From: Nemertoderma westbladi
Lineage: Eukaryota; Animalia; Xenacoelomorpha
DNA: 37,709 nt
Assembly: GCA_032718475.1 (NCBI GenBank)
Contig: JAUCBJ010005080.1
Coordinates: 1-37,709, forward strand
Reading direction: 5' to 3'
Each line of letters opens with the position of its first letter. Position 1 is the stretch's first letter. Below, one piece after another: positions 11,269-22,446 of the stretch. The translations under genes and the position numbers were made by a program. The notes under the pieces were generated by a model. It was not told the DNA's origin, did no database searches, and worked only from the letters and a program-made list of their open reading frames with translations.

Positions 11269-11604
11269 GTAAGCCGGTAAGTTGTACTACCGCAGCTGGG
11301 CAACAATGCACTGCCTATAATAATAATTAATACTAGTACGTAGTGCCGTACGTACATATAGATAGATATTCATACATAAGCAAAACACAACGTTCTAGAA
11401 CATGGTTTATTTACTACCGGGAAATTGATTGAAGAAACATATTTTGGGAAAACTCATATCCCTAGAGTATGGACTTATAATCCGAAAATGGTTAAATGGT
11501 TAACACCCGTTCTTATAACATGGGCTCTTACGCTTGGAGTCTCAGAATCGCAGATAGATTTTAATTAGCCCGTAAGGTTTAGAGTTTGGGTGATTTTGAA
11601 AATA

Positions 11605-11735
11605 AGCCGCCGATTTCTATGGATCAATTTGAAATAAATATTGGACTGGGGCAACACCCATGGAGAATCGGAAAGTCTGGGAGGATTTAATTTCCAATGT
11701 CCGAGTCCGCTCGAACTAGTTGTAGTAGGAGGTAG
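11605..11735 (+). mobile_element. Degenerate 3' fragment of RTE-clade LINE
   Basis: atggagaatcggaaagtctgggaggatttaatttccaatgtccgagtccgctcgaactagttgtagtag matches the 3' end and (TAG)n tail of the LINE at 12283-13900, in opposite orientation. Confidence 0.75.
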
Positions 11736-11756
11736 GAGTTCCGTTTACCCACTCAC

Positions 11757-11938
11757 CATTAATGCTCCCCTGGTAGACATTATCAGCGTCCCAAGTAGTT
11801 TGTTCTCCGTTTAACTCTATGATGACGTCATCGCTGACTATATGGGGGTTGTGACTGAGAACTAGGTCGAAAGGTTTGGCGAATGCTTTAAAGGAGAGAT
11901 AAACTACAGGGCGTGACGGTTCGCTCGAGGCAACAGAT
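11757..11938 (-). CDS. ADAM10-like: Exon 3 of ADAM10/Kuzbanian-like prodomain gene
   Basis: Acceptor ctttatttacAG, donor G|GTGAGT, 182 nt, phase 2 to 1. Encodes SVASSEPSRPVVYLSFKAFAKPFDLVLSHNPHIVSDDVIIELNGEQTTWDADNVYQGSING, with the reprolysin propeptide pattern L.F.A..+.F.L.L...Y.G. Confidence 0.9.
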
Positions 11939-12282
11939 CTGTAAATAAAGGGAAGAGTTTAGATATAAACTACACGTAGTCTATTAGGTCATCGGATCGC
12001 ATCTGTTTACTTACAATCATGGTGGGGGGCGGGGGGGGGGGGGGGGGTAACTTAGAGGAAACACAAGAACACAAGTACCGATAGCTATAGTTAATAGTTG
12101 CTCCCAGATAACGGTATTAAAATGTGAAAAAATAACAAGCTTCCTTGGGGACATCCAATCATAAGTAAGTACGGTGGCCGGTAGAACTGTCATAGCGAAA
12201 AATATAAACCGACCCTATAGAGGGCCGAACCCGGTCCCTATTGGTTTCAAAGTTACTCATATCATCCGCACATTGAGGAAGC

Positions 12283-13900
12283 ACTACTACTACTACTAAG
12301 TCGAGCGAACTCGGACAGTGGAAATGAGATCCTTCCAGGCTTCCCGATTCTCCAACTACTACTACTAGGTCGAGCGAACTCGGACAGCGGAAATGAGATC
12401 CTTCCAGGCTTCCCAATTCTTCAACTACTACTACTAGGTCGAGCGAACTCGGACAGTGGAAATGAGATCCTTCCAGGCTTCCCGATTCTCCATAGTTGTC
12501 GCAATTTCGTTTCTCCCAAGTTCAGTATCCCTTTCAAGTTGATCTATATATGTTATGGCCGGTCGTCCACGACTACGCTTTCCATGAGTTGGTTGCCAGG
12601 AAAGTAGATCTGGTAAGACCTCGTCTTTACTTCGCCAGCAGTGCCAACTGAATCTTAATCTGCGTTCACTGAGGGTGGTTGATACAGGTGGTATTGTACC
12701 ATAAAGCTCGGCATTTGTCATGTGTTGTCTCCAGCTGATGTTTAGGGCTGCCCTTAGTAGTCTTGTGTAGCAACCATCAATTCGTTGTTCAAGTGATTTA
12801 GTCAGTGTCCAGGTCTCACCCCCGTATAAAAATACACTTTCCACTGTGGCTCGAAAGAACTTGGTCTTCAGGTGCCTGGAGAGATCTGATTTCCAGATGG
12901 TATCCATTTTTGATAGAGCTACCCAAGCCTTTGCTTTCCTAACTTCTATGTCCTTTTTGCTATTCTCTATCCATGATCCAAGGTACTGGAAGTCGTCAAC
13001 CTTCCTTAATTGATTATTATCAATGGTTGTCAAGTTTCCATCAACATTAAAGGTCATGAATTCGGTCTTTGTAGCATTTATATACAATCCAACCTCCTTA
13101 GCAGCCCTCTCCACTTTATTTAGTAAAAGCTGTGCATCTGCTAGCGTATTAGAGAGCAGGGCGATGTCATCCACAAAGTCGGTGTCTGTGACTGTAGTTG
13201 CCGGATATCTACTACTTCTGAGTTCTTGAAGTGTGAATCCCAGATATTCACCCTTTGTAGCCGTCCTCATTGCGTAATCCAGCACAATTACAAATAGTAA
13301 TGGTGTAAATGTGTCACCATGCAGTACCCCAGCCAGGATTGAGAAAAACTCAGTTTCACCATCTGGTGAGAGTACCTGCGCTTCTGTGTCACAATATAAC
13401 ACTCCAATGCCAGCAACAATTACTTCTGGTATTCCATAAGCTCTTAGGATTTCAAGCATTTTACCTCTATGGATGGAGTCGAATGGCTTCTTGAAGTCCA
13501 CAAAAGTCATGACTGCGGGGAGATTCTTCGACTTAATTCCTTCAATCAGTCTCCTTAGCGCAAGTATCTGAGCTATTGTTGATCTATTTGGTTGATCTAC
13601 GTTTTGGATCTTACGCAATAGTTTCTCTATGTGAGGCCTAATCCTATATAGAATCATTTTATTGTATATTTTGGCAGCTACCACAAGCAGACAGATCCCA
13701 CGATAGTTTGTTGGTATGCCGACTGCCGAGGTCTCCTTTCTTGGGGAGAGGCTTTACTTGACCTTTAGTCCAAATTGGTGGTGGCTTTTCCCCTTTTAAC
13801 ATCCGGTTGCAAACATTCAATAATGGTCTGTTTAGCACTCCTGTTTTCCATACCTCCGCTGGGAATTCATCTAATCCACTCGCTTTATTATTGGACATGC
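12283..13900 (-). mobile_element. 5'-truncated RTE-clade non-LTR retrotransposon (RT pseudogene) with triplicated 3' end
   Basis: RT motifs FVDFKKPFDSIHR, GVLHGDT, DFVDDIALL, FQYLGS and an RTE-type C-terminus (RRLRFSWHCWR...RGRP). Frameshift near 13690 to the upstream KASGLD...PLPKKGDL segment. (TAG)n tail directly at the stop codon. Confidence 0.93.
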
Positions 13901-14084
13901 TTTTTTATTGCACAATAAGTATATATATAATTTCGTTTTCTAGTTATGTCTACAAAAGTTATAAATTTCACACTAATCTTGGATACCAGGATACCTCCTT
14001 TCATTGCAGCACCATATTCGACAAAAAGTACGCCTCAGGCGGACGACGATGTGAAGAATACCAAATTTGAACTTTCGCCTTTGA

Positions 14085-14330
14085 GGTAAAAATTTTATGG
14101 TGGAATTTTATATATGAAGATTTTTTATTTTTATTAAATGTATCTTTATTAAGTGTTTTATAGCGCTTATTTCTGTCTTATAACCTGTACATATACTAAT
14201 TCGTTTATTGTTTTGGTTAGATTCAGCTCCTTCTGTAACCTGTGTTTTTGGTGAAAACCTGGTATTCTTCACATGGGGGTAACTGCAAAGTGAAATATAA
14301 CGGCAGAAAGTCAGGTACCGGTATTCTTAA
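14085..14330. mobile_element. Partial copy of foldback family A
   Basis: gcgcttatttctgtcttataacc...tcgtttattgttttggtt...gtgaaaacctggtattcttcac matches 1400-1640. Confidence 0.75.
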
Positions 14331-14394
14331 CATGGGCCGGTGAGGCGGTTGCCAGGCAACATTCAAACAAACACGACGGCAACAAACAACCTAC

Positions 14395-14473
14395 TTGCTA
14401 TGGTGGTCGAGCAGCTTATCTTTATCATAGGCTAGACCTTCGTAGTGCTGAATATATTCGTTGAGAGTCTCAC
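14395..14473 (-). CDS. ADAM10-like: Exon 2 of ADAM10/Kuzbanian-like prodomain gene
   Basis: Acceptor ttattttccAG, donor AA|GTAGGT, 79 nt, phase 1 to 2. Encodes GETLNEYIQHYEGLAYDKDKLLDHHSK, which resembles the ADAM10 prodomain start (LNKYIRHYEGLSY). Confidence 0.9.
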
Positions 14474-15358
14474 CTGGAAAATAACCAAAAAAGTAACCAA
14501 CCAGCAGCCACGGCCCTCTACAAAGTTACTACTAGGTGTATGGTAGGTACTTGCAACAACCCAGAATGATGAAATTCACACGTATCGGCGAATCCTCAAC
14601 GGCAAAGGCTACTGACCGGACCCATTGCGATTTAAAGGAGTAGGTTAGTAAAGAAGCAGGTTACAGAGGCGTGTTGTGGGAACCAAAACAATAAACGAAA
14701 GTTAAAACATGTTTCAAGATTATGGGTCCAGTCACAAAGTTGTGGTAATAAGGGGGCCGGTCAATAGGTAAAATATAAATCAAATATAAAGCTTCAATAC
14801 GGTATTTAGAGGGTCCGGTCAGTAGCCATTTCCATCCTCAACAATCTTCTTCAGGGAGAAATCTACGCAACTAATAGTTGTTAACTTCCAAAAATTATTC
14901 TTTAACCTGTGTTATTGACTTTTGTTTATTATTACTTTGATTAGAAAAAAGTGCCACTGCAGCACTGTAACCTGCTCCAGTGCTCCTTTTCATGAATCGA
15001 TGATTTGGTGTCATTATCATCAAACAAGAGAACAAAAAATCAATGAAAAATGGTTAACGAAAACATCTGTTCAATGTAATAAAAGGCCAATTATTATGAC
15101 GATAAATAGATAAATAAAATATGTAATACCGATATGTAAAAATAAATTACCCCCCATATAGCAGGATTCAATATTTAACACGTTCATTACGGTACTAAAT
15201 CTTCAACGTAAATACGGCGCCTGATAGAAATACTGAAATATATACGCCTAATATTTCAGTTTAAGAGTAAAATATTTCTTAGTAGGGCCTACCGTACCCG
15301 CGTACCGGTAGGCTTATATAAAGTTTATTTAATAATAATAAAATAATCAGAAACTTAC

Positions 15359-15422
15359 CACTGACGACAGCTAATATCGATAGCAATAACAACGATTTAC
15401 CGATGTTATACCAAAAGGCCAT
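15359..15422 (-). CDS. ADAM10-like: Exon 1 of ADAM10/Kuzbanian-like prodomain gene (signal peptide)
   Basis: ATG at 15422 gives MAFWYNIGKSLLLLSILAVVS-G, a hydrophobic signal-peptide-like stretch. It ends in phase 1 at a G|GTAAGT donor (64 nt), compatible with exon 2. Confidence 0.8.
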
Positions 15423-16068
15423 GTTATCGATTAGAAATTCAGCAGCCAATATAAAGGAATAAATACTCAACCTCGATGCAATATAGCAGTAAGCAGTACT
15501 CGATCAGCCAGCAGCCTACATAGATATATGTATGTACGTGATTAAAGTAAAAATATTATTTGAGTTTACAGTTTATTCTGTAATATACCGGTACCTATAT
15601 GTAATATGTAGAGACACAGCAACAGAGACCAATACAGCAATATGTTTGTTACATGCAAGATGCAACGAGTACAGCAGTACAGCAGTAATAACTGAATAAG
15701 TGACCGCTTAGACTGTTAGACAGTTAGACGTCGGTTTGTCGCCGCAAGTGAAGGTGGAAGGCATTCTCACAAGATCAAGCAAATAAATGTAAATAAAGTC
15801 AGAAAGTTGAAGAGAAATGGGACTAACCACTCGGAAGTAGCACTGCAAACTTGGGCCAATCGCCTTACCGGTAAATGATTGTTAATTAGCCTACTGAATT
15901 AAGCTACAGTATTAAGGCAGTAGGCGCTGCCTACTGTACTGGTCTGGTTAGTCTGGTATATCAGTATATTATTCTGGGAATCTGTGCTACTTAGGGCTGT
16001 AGGGCTCAGCTAAATCAGTAAATGCAAACACGCATTACAGTATTAGGCCTACATCAGTACATGTCCAT

Positions 16069-16440
16069 GTCCTGGAATATAGTGTCGTTATTCAGGTACA
16101 TGGACCCCACCCCCCAATTTTTTTTAAAAATCTTAATGAGATTGCATGAAATTTGAAACAGAGATAGTTTCACCTCCCGACCACTGACTGGGTGAGCCAG
16201 AATTTTTATTTTCGCTTTCGTTCTTTAGCTACAAACATTTAAAAAAAGTGTCTCCGTCGATATTGCACCAGTTACACCATAGTTATTCTTCAACCTTATA
16301 GTGATTTGTAGGTACTAGTGGAAAGCTGGCCATGCAAGGATTCCAAATATGTGAAAATATTTGAATTTGGTTGGGAAATAGCTGAGATATGGGCATTCGA
16401 ATTTTGCATGTATTTGCTTCTGCTGCGCCGGCCATTTATT
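16069..16440 (+). repeat. Dispersed MITE-like repeat, family B
   Basis: Aligns with 34970-35250 (ggaatatagtgtcgttattcag; cagaatttttattt...ctttagctacaa; ttgcaccagttacacc; agctgagatat). It aligns more distantly with the flanks of the 43-bp satellite. Confidence 0.8.
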
Positions 16441-17526
16441 CCATTTAATAAATACACAATGTTCTAGAACATTTTGAATTGATCTTTGTTCTAGAACATT
16501 CATTGATTATTATCAGATTTTCTTTGCCCTTTTATTTGTAGGCCTATATTTTTTCCGGTGTATTTTCCATTTTCAGCAAAACAAAACGGCTAAAAATACG
16601 GTATATTTTTTCTGCCTTTTGGGTTATATATCAGTATATTGAGGCTATACTTTGGATCCTAACGGATCCAAAGCACCCCTCACCCGGTTTCTACCTTTTT
16701 CCTAATCCCAGATGTTTTTCTACGGTGTTACAAGTACACTATTTTATTTGTTAGAAAGAAGCAATATACAGTATTATTTGGGAAGAACAGAAAATCAATG
16801 TGTTTTTGCACTATACTAAAAGGTTGTGGATGTCCGTAAATAACGATGAGCCATTGAAGGACCGTGTCCTAGTGGGAAATATTTCATGTCAGCCGGAAAA
16901 CCAAAACACTAAGCAAGATATAACACTCCTTGGAACTTTTTAGAGATTCAAAGCCGTTTTAGGAGCTTATCCATGTTATCGTACCAAGGAGCACGAGAAA
17001 TCCATTACATTATCGATCTCGAGTTTGTATTCCCAGATTCCGATTCTCCAGTACCGATAGCGGGTTCAGTGGGCTCGGACATCCAATCTGTGTCGTCGTC
17101 TGTGGTATCCCCGCTGACCGATTGTGTGGGTTCGCCCTGATGAGACATTGTCAGATTGTGAGTTTTCGCGATCAGTACACAGTAAACCTGTAGATTGCTG
17201 TATAGACGTTTAACATACATACTGCGTCATGTTGTGAGACGATAAGGTGAGGAAATATCAAGGTGTATTTCGTACCACCACGCTCAGATTAAGTCTATTT
17301 AATGATAATAAGATAATTAATAAATAATTAATAACAACGTAGATCTGTAGGTTGTATGACGTCAGTATCAGTAATGCAGTAATATGTACTAACATACAGC
17401 AGTATATCAGAAATGTTAATACCGCGGTACCGCAGAAAAGTTACCGAATATGAAAGTATGTTAATGAGATAGATAGTCTATAGGCTACGCGTATGGCAAT
17501 TAGTAATGATATCCTCACAGTTATAT

Positions 17527-17900
17527 TTAACACTATTTGGCGCGGGGGGGGGGGGGGTCATTTTATAATTTTTTTGTAATTCCTCAACATCTTTGAGTCC
17601 GAATTGTTTGGGAAACGGAGATTTCGTAACTTTTCTAAAATTTGATGGGATATCCAACAGAACAAACGTCATATATATAGCTATATTCGTTTTCGTGTTG
17701 TGGTCTCTTTCTGACACACATCTCCAGTATTTGTCGTGCTAAAATTTTCAAAAGTTTTTATGGGTTACATAAATTAATTTATTTACGGTATATAGCGGTT
17801 TTTTGGATGCTGATTACGATTATAGAACTCAAATACAGTATAACATTCGAGAACATTTATTGTAATTTTAAATGTGCCCCCTGGGGCACGAAAAAAACAA
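17527..17900. mobile_element. Probable MITE remnant
   Basis: Starts TTAACACTATTTGGCGCG(G)n-TCATTTT and ends AAATGTGCCCCC. This is a typical TTAA-type MITE layout, but the ends are degenerate. Confidence 0.35.
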
Positions 17901-19032
17901 GTAGTGGAATTGCACGAAGGACCCTATATAAATTATATTTAAGAAATCGCCCCACATCAAACTGAACTTTTTAGGCCTTCTAATAAATCACCGAACATTT
18001 ATGACCGAAACAAACACCTGTCTATTTCTGTATATTTTTTCAATTTATTTTTTAATAATTTTTTGAGTATTGAGTGGTGGGGGCCCCTATGCACGTGAAC
18101 ACTGTGCACATTGGGTAATCCGGCACGCGTTTTAGTCACAATGCCATTCACATTTTAGTCGAATAAGGACAGAAGGACGTTTTAAAGTGTTAAATGGTTT
18201 CTCGGTACACAAAATTCAACAAATTATAGGAAGTCAGGAACAAATTATAGGTGGCCATTTCAACCGTTTCCTAGTGTTTTTACAAAAACACACCCCGCCA
18301 TTCGATTCAGGGCACCTTGTTACCCCTTGTTCAATTTTCCCCAACAATTTGTTCGCGCACCAACACTATTCACACATAAACGAAATGCTTTCATTCCTCA
18401 AATTGAATGAAAATATAAAAATATGGCTATTGCACTGTAGTCAGTCTCTCTTTTGAACACGCACGCGAATGAGTGAACATCAGAATATGTGGGTGCAGCT
18501 GCCGGCCGGTGTGATACCGCATATGCGGTATCAGCCGATAGATGCGTGTTAAAGTTTCCCCCGCCCGCAGTATTGCGTGTTACATGTTCACATTCTTTAC
18601 ACCCACGCTCTGGCCAAGCGATATACTTTACTTTAATGAATATTCAACTATATTACATGTTATCCTCCAGCTTCCTTGAAAACCCATTTATATTGTTAGA
18701 ATATTCGATGTATTCTATTCGATTTTATCTCGCTACCTTCAAAATTCATTTAGAGATTCATTTCACATATCTGCGCTACGAGCGCTGTAGGTAAAAAACG
18801 GAAATTCGAACCTTGGGGAAAACACAGAGTAACTATTGATGAAATGAGCATGGAGGAAGGAGACCTCATTCCTCCTTGCCCATTTACCCTCTCCATTGCT
18901 TTCGACTACAAACTTGTATAAATAGCTCATGGGTGAATCAAATAATTATTCGATGGTGGCAAATGTTTCTTGTATGCAGCAAAGCATTTAAATTAGTTTA
19001 TCGGTTGATTTCAGGCGCTGATCTCTTCACAA

Positions 19033-19803
19033 ATGGATCTACCAGAATTAGAAAACATGTTCCCCATATTTCCTTCTACAAAGGGGCATTATCAACAGAT
19101 AGCGAATGTGCGCAGAAATTTTTTGGAGGATTCCACGGAATACATCCAAAATGAGGCGTTTTACTCCGCCGACGTGGAGAGCATCAAGCGGAAGGATTAT
19201 TGGGTTTGGCGATACATTCGCCACAATCGCAAAGCAGTCGATGTTTGCAGCGCCGCCGCGAGGAACATCCAGAAAAACTTCCTTTGGCGAAAAAAATTTG
19301 GTGTTAAAAACGCGATGAATCCGTCGAAAGTGAACGAGCTGCTATCGAGCAACTGTTTTGCTTTAGGGGAAGTCGATGATGCTGGCAACAAGATATTGAC
19401 CATAAGAAACAGACTCTACCACAAAAAACAAAGCGAAGATGCGAAACATCTGGTCATATTTATCATTGAGAATGAGATGTTGAATGAAATCGACGATGGC
19501 TCGAGATTGACGGTGTTATTTGATATAGACGGCGCAGGGATTAACAGTTTCGATTTCGGGCTGTTCAGTTTTACAGTCAAATGCCATAAGAGTTTATATC
19601 CAGATCAGTTGGCTTATATTCTTGTAAGCGAAATGCCGTATGCATTCGCAACAACGTGGGAGTTATTCAAGAATTTGATTGTAGGTAAACGCTGTGCGCA
19701 GAGCATCAGGTTTGTGGCTGAATTGGAGCTTATAAAGTATGTGGATAAAATACAGCAATGGGCGGCTGAAAAGAAGATTGCGTTGAGTGCCAACGATAAT
19801 TAA
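19033..19803 (+). CDS. CRAL-TRIO/Sec14 domain protein, MOSPD2-like N-terminal domain only (256 aa)
   Basis: DYWVWRYIRH...FLWRKKFGV (CRAL-TRIO_N), DDAGNKILTIR, LTVLFDIDGAGINSFD, YPDQLAYILVSEMPYAFATTW. An in-frame acceptor tttcAG at 19013-19014 suggests an upstream exon. Confidence 0.85.
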   Translation: MDLPELENMFPIFPSTKGHYQQIANVRRNFLEDSTEYIQNEAFYSADVESIKRKDYWVWRYIRHNRKAVDVCSAAARNIQKNFLWRKKFGVKNAMNPSKVNELLSSNCFALGEVDDAGNKILTIRNRLYHKKQSEDAKHLVIFIIENEMLNEIDDGSRLTVLFDIDGAGINSFDFGLFSFTVKCHKSLYPDQLAYILVSEMPYAFATTWELFKNLIVGKRCAQSIRFVAELELIKYVDKIQQWAAEKKIALSANDN

Positions 19804-19816
19804 CTCGTTTAACATA

Positions 19817-19922
19817 GTCCGTGTTGCTATTTTGTTTAAGTGTCCGTGTTCTTATTTTAAGAGTCCGTGTTCTTTTTTTAAGAGACCGTGTTCCTATTTT
19901 ACGTGACCATGTTCTCGTTTAC
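19817..19922. repeat. Short degenerate minisatellite (about 21-24 bp, GTCCGTGTTC core)
   Basis: About five units such as gtccgtgttcttattttaaga immediately after the CRAL-TRIO stop codon. Confidence 0.7.
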
Positions 19923-20198
19923 AGTGTTCCACTCTATTTTAGTGTCAATTTTGCCTAACTTTTCCGTGATATTTCCCTGAATTTTTGGAACAATTCCATG
20001 ACTGCAGCGGTGTAATACATTTTTATAGAATATATTATATTTTCCGCTTTATCTTATTCATGACCTCTTTATTATATTCTTTATAAGTTACATAGATATA
20101 ATTAGAGATTCTTCTTAATATCAAGATATTGGTAAACTACCACAACAGGCAAATTACGGACATACAGTTTTACATGATTGTAGGTACATTTTATTCGC

Positions 20199-20936
20199 TT
20201 TTGACACCAAAAAAGACCATCAAACCCCCAAAAACTTTTGTGATATCTTCAGAATCAGCGCCGAAAATTAACCTAGGTATCAAAACCATAAAACATTTTT
20301 GAAAAAATTTCTAATGCGTTTAGTTTTGGTGCTTGTTCGGTCACTTGTAATCAGGAGAAAATCTTAATGCAATTTTTCTCGCGTTTGCTTTTTTAGGACA
20401 CTTTCTCTATCTACCATTTAACTACGCAACCGATTTTCTTTCTGTTTTGCAGAATTATGTAGAGGAATATTCTACCTCAAAATTTTGTTGATATAATTCT
20501 GAAATTTTGTTTCATAAAAAAGTAATGTGATTTTTCGTTTCAAAAGAACGAAACGTTTTTTGAAACAAAATTTCAAAATTATGTAAACATAATTTTTGGG
20601 CGAAATATTCCTCTACATAATTCCGCAAACAGAACGAAAATCGGTTGAGTAGTGACGATAGAAGTAGAAAAAGCAGACAAACTTTTGTTTGTCTGCTTTT
20701 TGAATACTTTTTGGTAAAAAATACCAAAAAAGCTAACACGAGAAAAATTACATAAAAATTTCCTCCTGATTACAACTGACCAAACGTTCCAAAAGTGAAC
20801 ACTCTTCAAATTTTATAAAAAATATTCTTCTTTTATGGTTTTAATACCTGTAGGGTGATTTTCGGAGCTGATTTCGAAGATAGCAAAATAGTTAGAAATT
20901 TTTGGGTGTTTGATGGTCTTTTTTTGTATCAAAAAT
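20199..20936. mobile_element. Degenerate foldback (whole-length palindromic) element
   Basis: Inverted arm pairs: aaaaaagaccatcaaac/gtttgatggtctttttt, gtaatcaggag/ctcctgattac, aattatgtagaggaatatt/aatattcctctacataatt. The centre is near 20545. Confidence 0.85.
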
Positions 20937-21186
20937 GGTGCTGCACCAAAATTACAAATTTTCAAGTTTAGGGTGAAAATCACAAATGTTGACATGAAAT
21001 CACAAATGAATCATAATAAAATTTAACATCGAAAACACATCAAAAAGAAACTGACGAAAAAAGACCCCCCCCCCCCCCTATCCCCTCCCCTTAATCATAT
21101 AATTATTTACAGCCTTTTTCCATTTTCAAATAAAAGTACACCCAATTCCTAATCGAGTACTTTTATATTGGCCTTGAAGATGCGGA

Positions 21187-22343
21187 TGTACGCGCTTTTG
21201 AAGACCTTTAGCAGTTTAACCTGCCAAAATTTATATGTCTTTTGGTTTATAAATAGACTTTAGAAAATGACAAGTATTTAATACCAATAAACACAACATT
21301 AGCCGAAGCCAGCCTAGTGCGCGTCCATTCACCCGCTGGATATACCCGGGAGACTGGATTCGGAGGGCTTAGATTGTTATTGCAGTGTAAGCTTACTGTA
21401 TTATTCGATTGATCGTTAATAAATAATTTCTGACCAATATTATTCACTTTCGGGAAATATTAACAGTTCCTTTAGGACGTGGCGCTCTATCTAGGTAAAC
21501 AGAGATATGACTTATACCAAACACAACGGTAAGTCGGTAAGGCTTATGATTCACGTATGAGGCGCATTCTTTAGGAAATGCTTAGTTATCAGTCACAATC
21601 ATGCACACTACCGGTAACACACAATACTGCACACTAATTTGCCGACCGTCAATGAATTTTATCATATATAAAGAGAACAGCAATTGACTCATGTAGTGCT
21701 TATCAAATAGCATTAAATTCACTACAAACCACAATAATATAAGTCGCAATCGCTATATGTAACCCGTCTCTCTAACCTGTAGTGTATCAAGAAAATTGGG
21801 AAATTTGGGTTCTTTATAGATGTTCTCCAGATAATAATATTCAACCATAACACAACAGTAAATAGCAGTATAATAATGTATGTTGCAGTGATATAAGACT
21901 ACTGCTGATTGCACTGATTGTACTGGACCGATAACAGTTATACGCTCTATAATCTAAGCCTACTAATGTTTCTTCTAAAGTCTGAAACGAATTGACTCTA
22001 GAGCCGGTGTTCCTGGCCTAGATAGAAACAACACAACAGTATCCTGAAAAACAGTAAGACTGAACACTCCTAGCACGATCTGCCAAATATCTCCACATCG
22101 ACAGAAAAAATCGCTCTGATTGGCTGTTAAGCTAAACAAAGAACCATGTGTCCAATGGCCGTTTCCATGTCAGCAACCAGCTGTTAGATGTCGTAATCTG
22201 AATCATCAAGGCTAAGCTGTGCCAGGGTATTTGACGCATTGCGAGTTTTTTGCCTTACCATGTCCGCCAAAGCACACATATAGAAGAATGACTTTTATGT
22301 CCGTTAAAACACCTATAACGGTAGCTTGCGGGCGAGGGGGACT
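21187..22343 (-). repeat. 3' LTR
   Basis: On the + strand it starts TGTACGCGC and ends GGGGGACT (CA changed to CT). Direct repeat of 32418-33552. Confidence 0.9.
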
Positions 22344-22446
22344 GATTATATCCGCAAAAGCTTTTACACCGCTCCCAGAAAATGGGATTCAAGTTTATAA
22401 ATATACAAAAATCACAGTTTCTAATATATGTAAATACTCTAAACAG

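Noticed and set aside
17135-17175. Hammerhead ribozyme core CTGATGA
   Set aside because: No appropriately placed GAAA or supporting stems.
17005-17220. Acidic short ORF (DTTDDDTDW...), possibly a transposase N-terminus
   Set aside because: No catalytic motif, no continuation and no splice support could be established.
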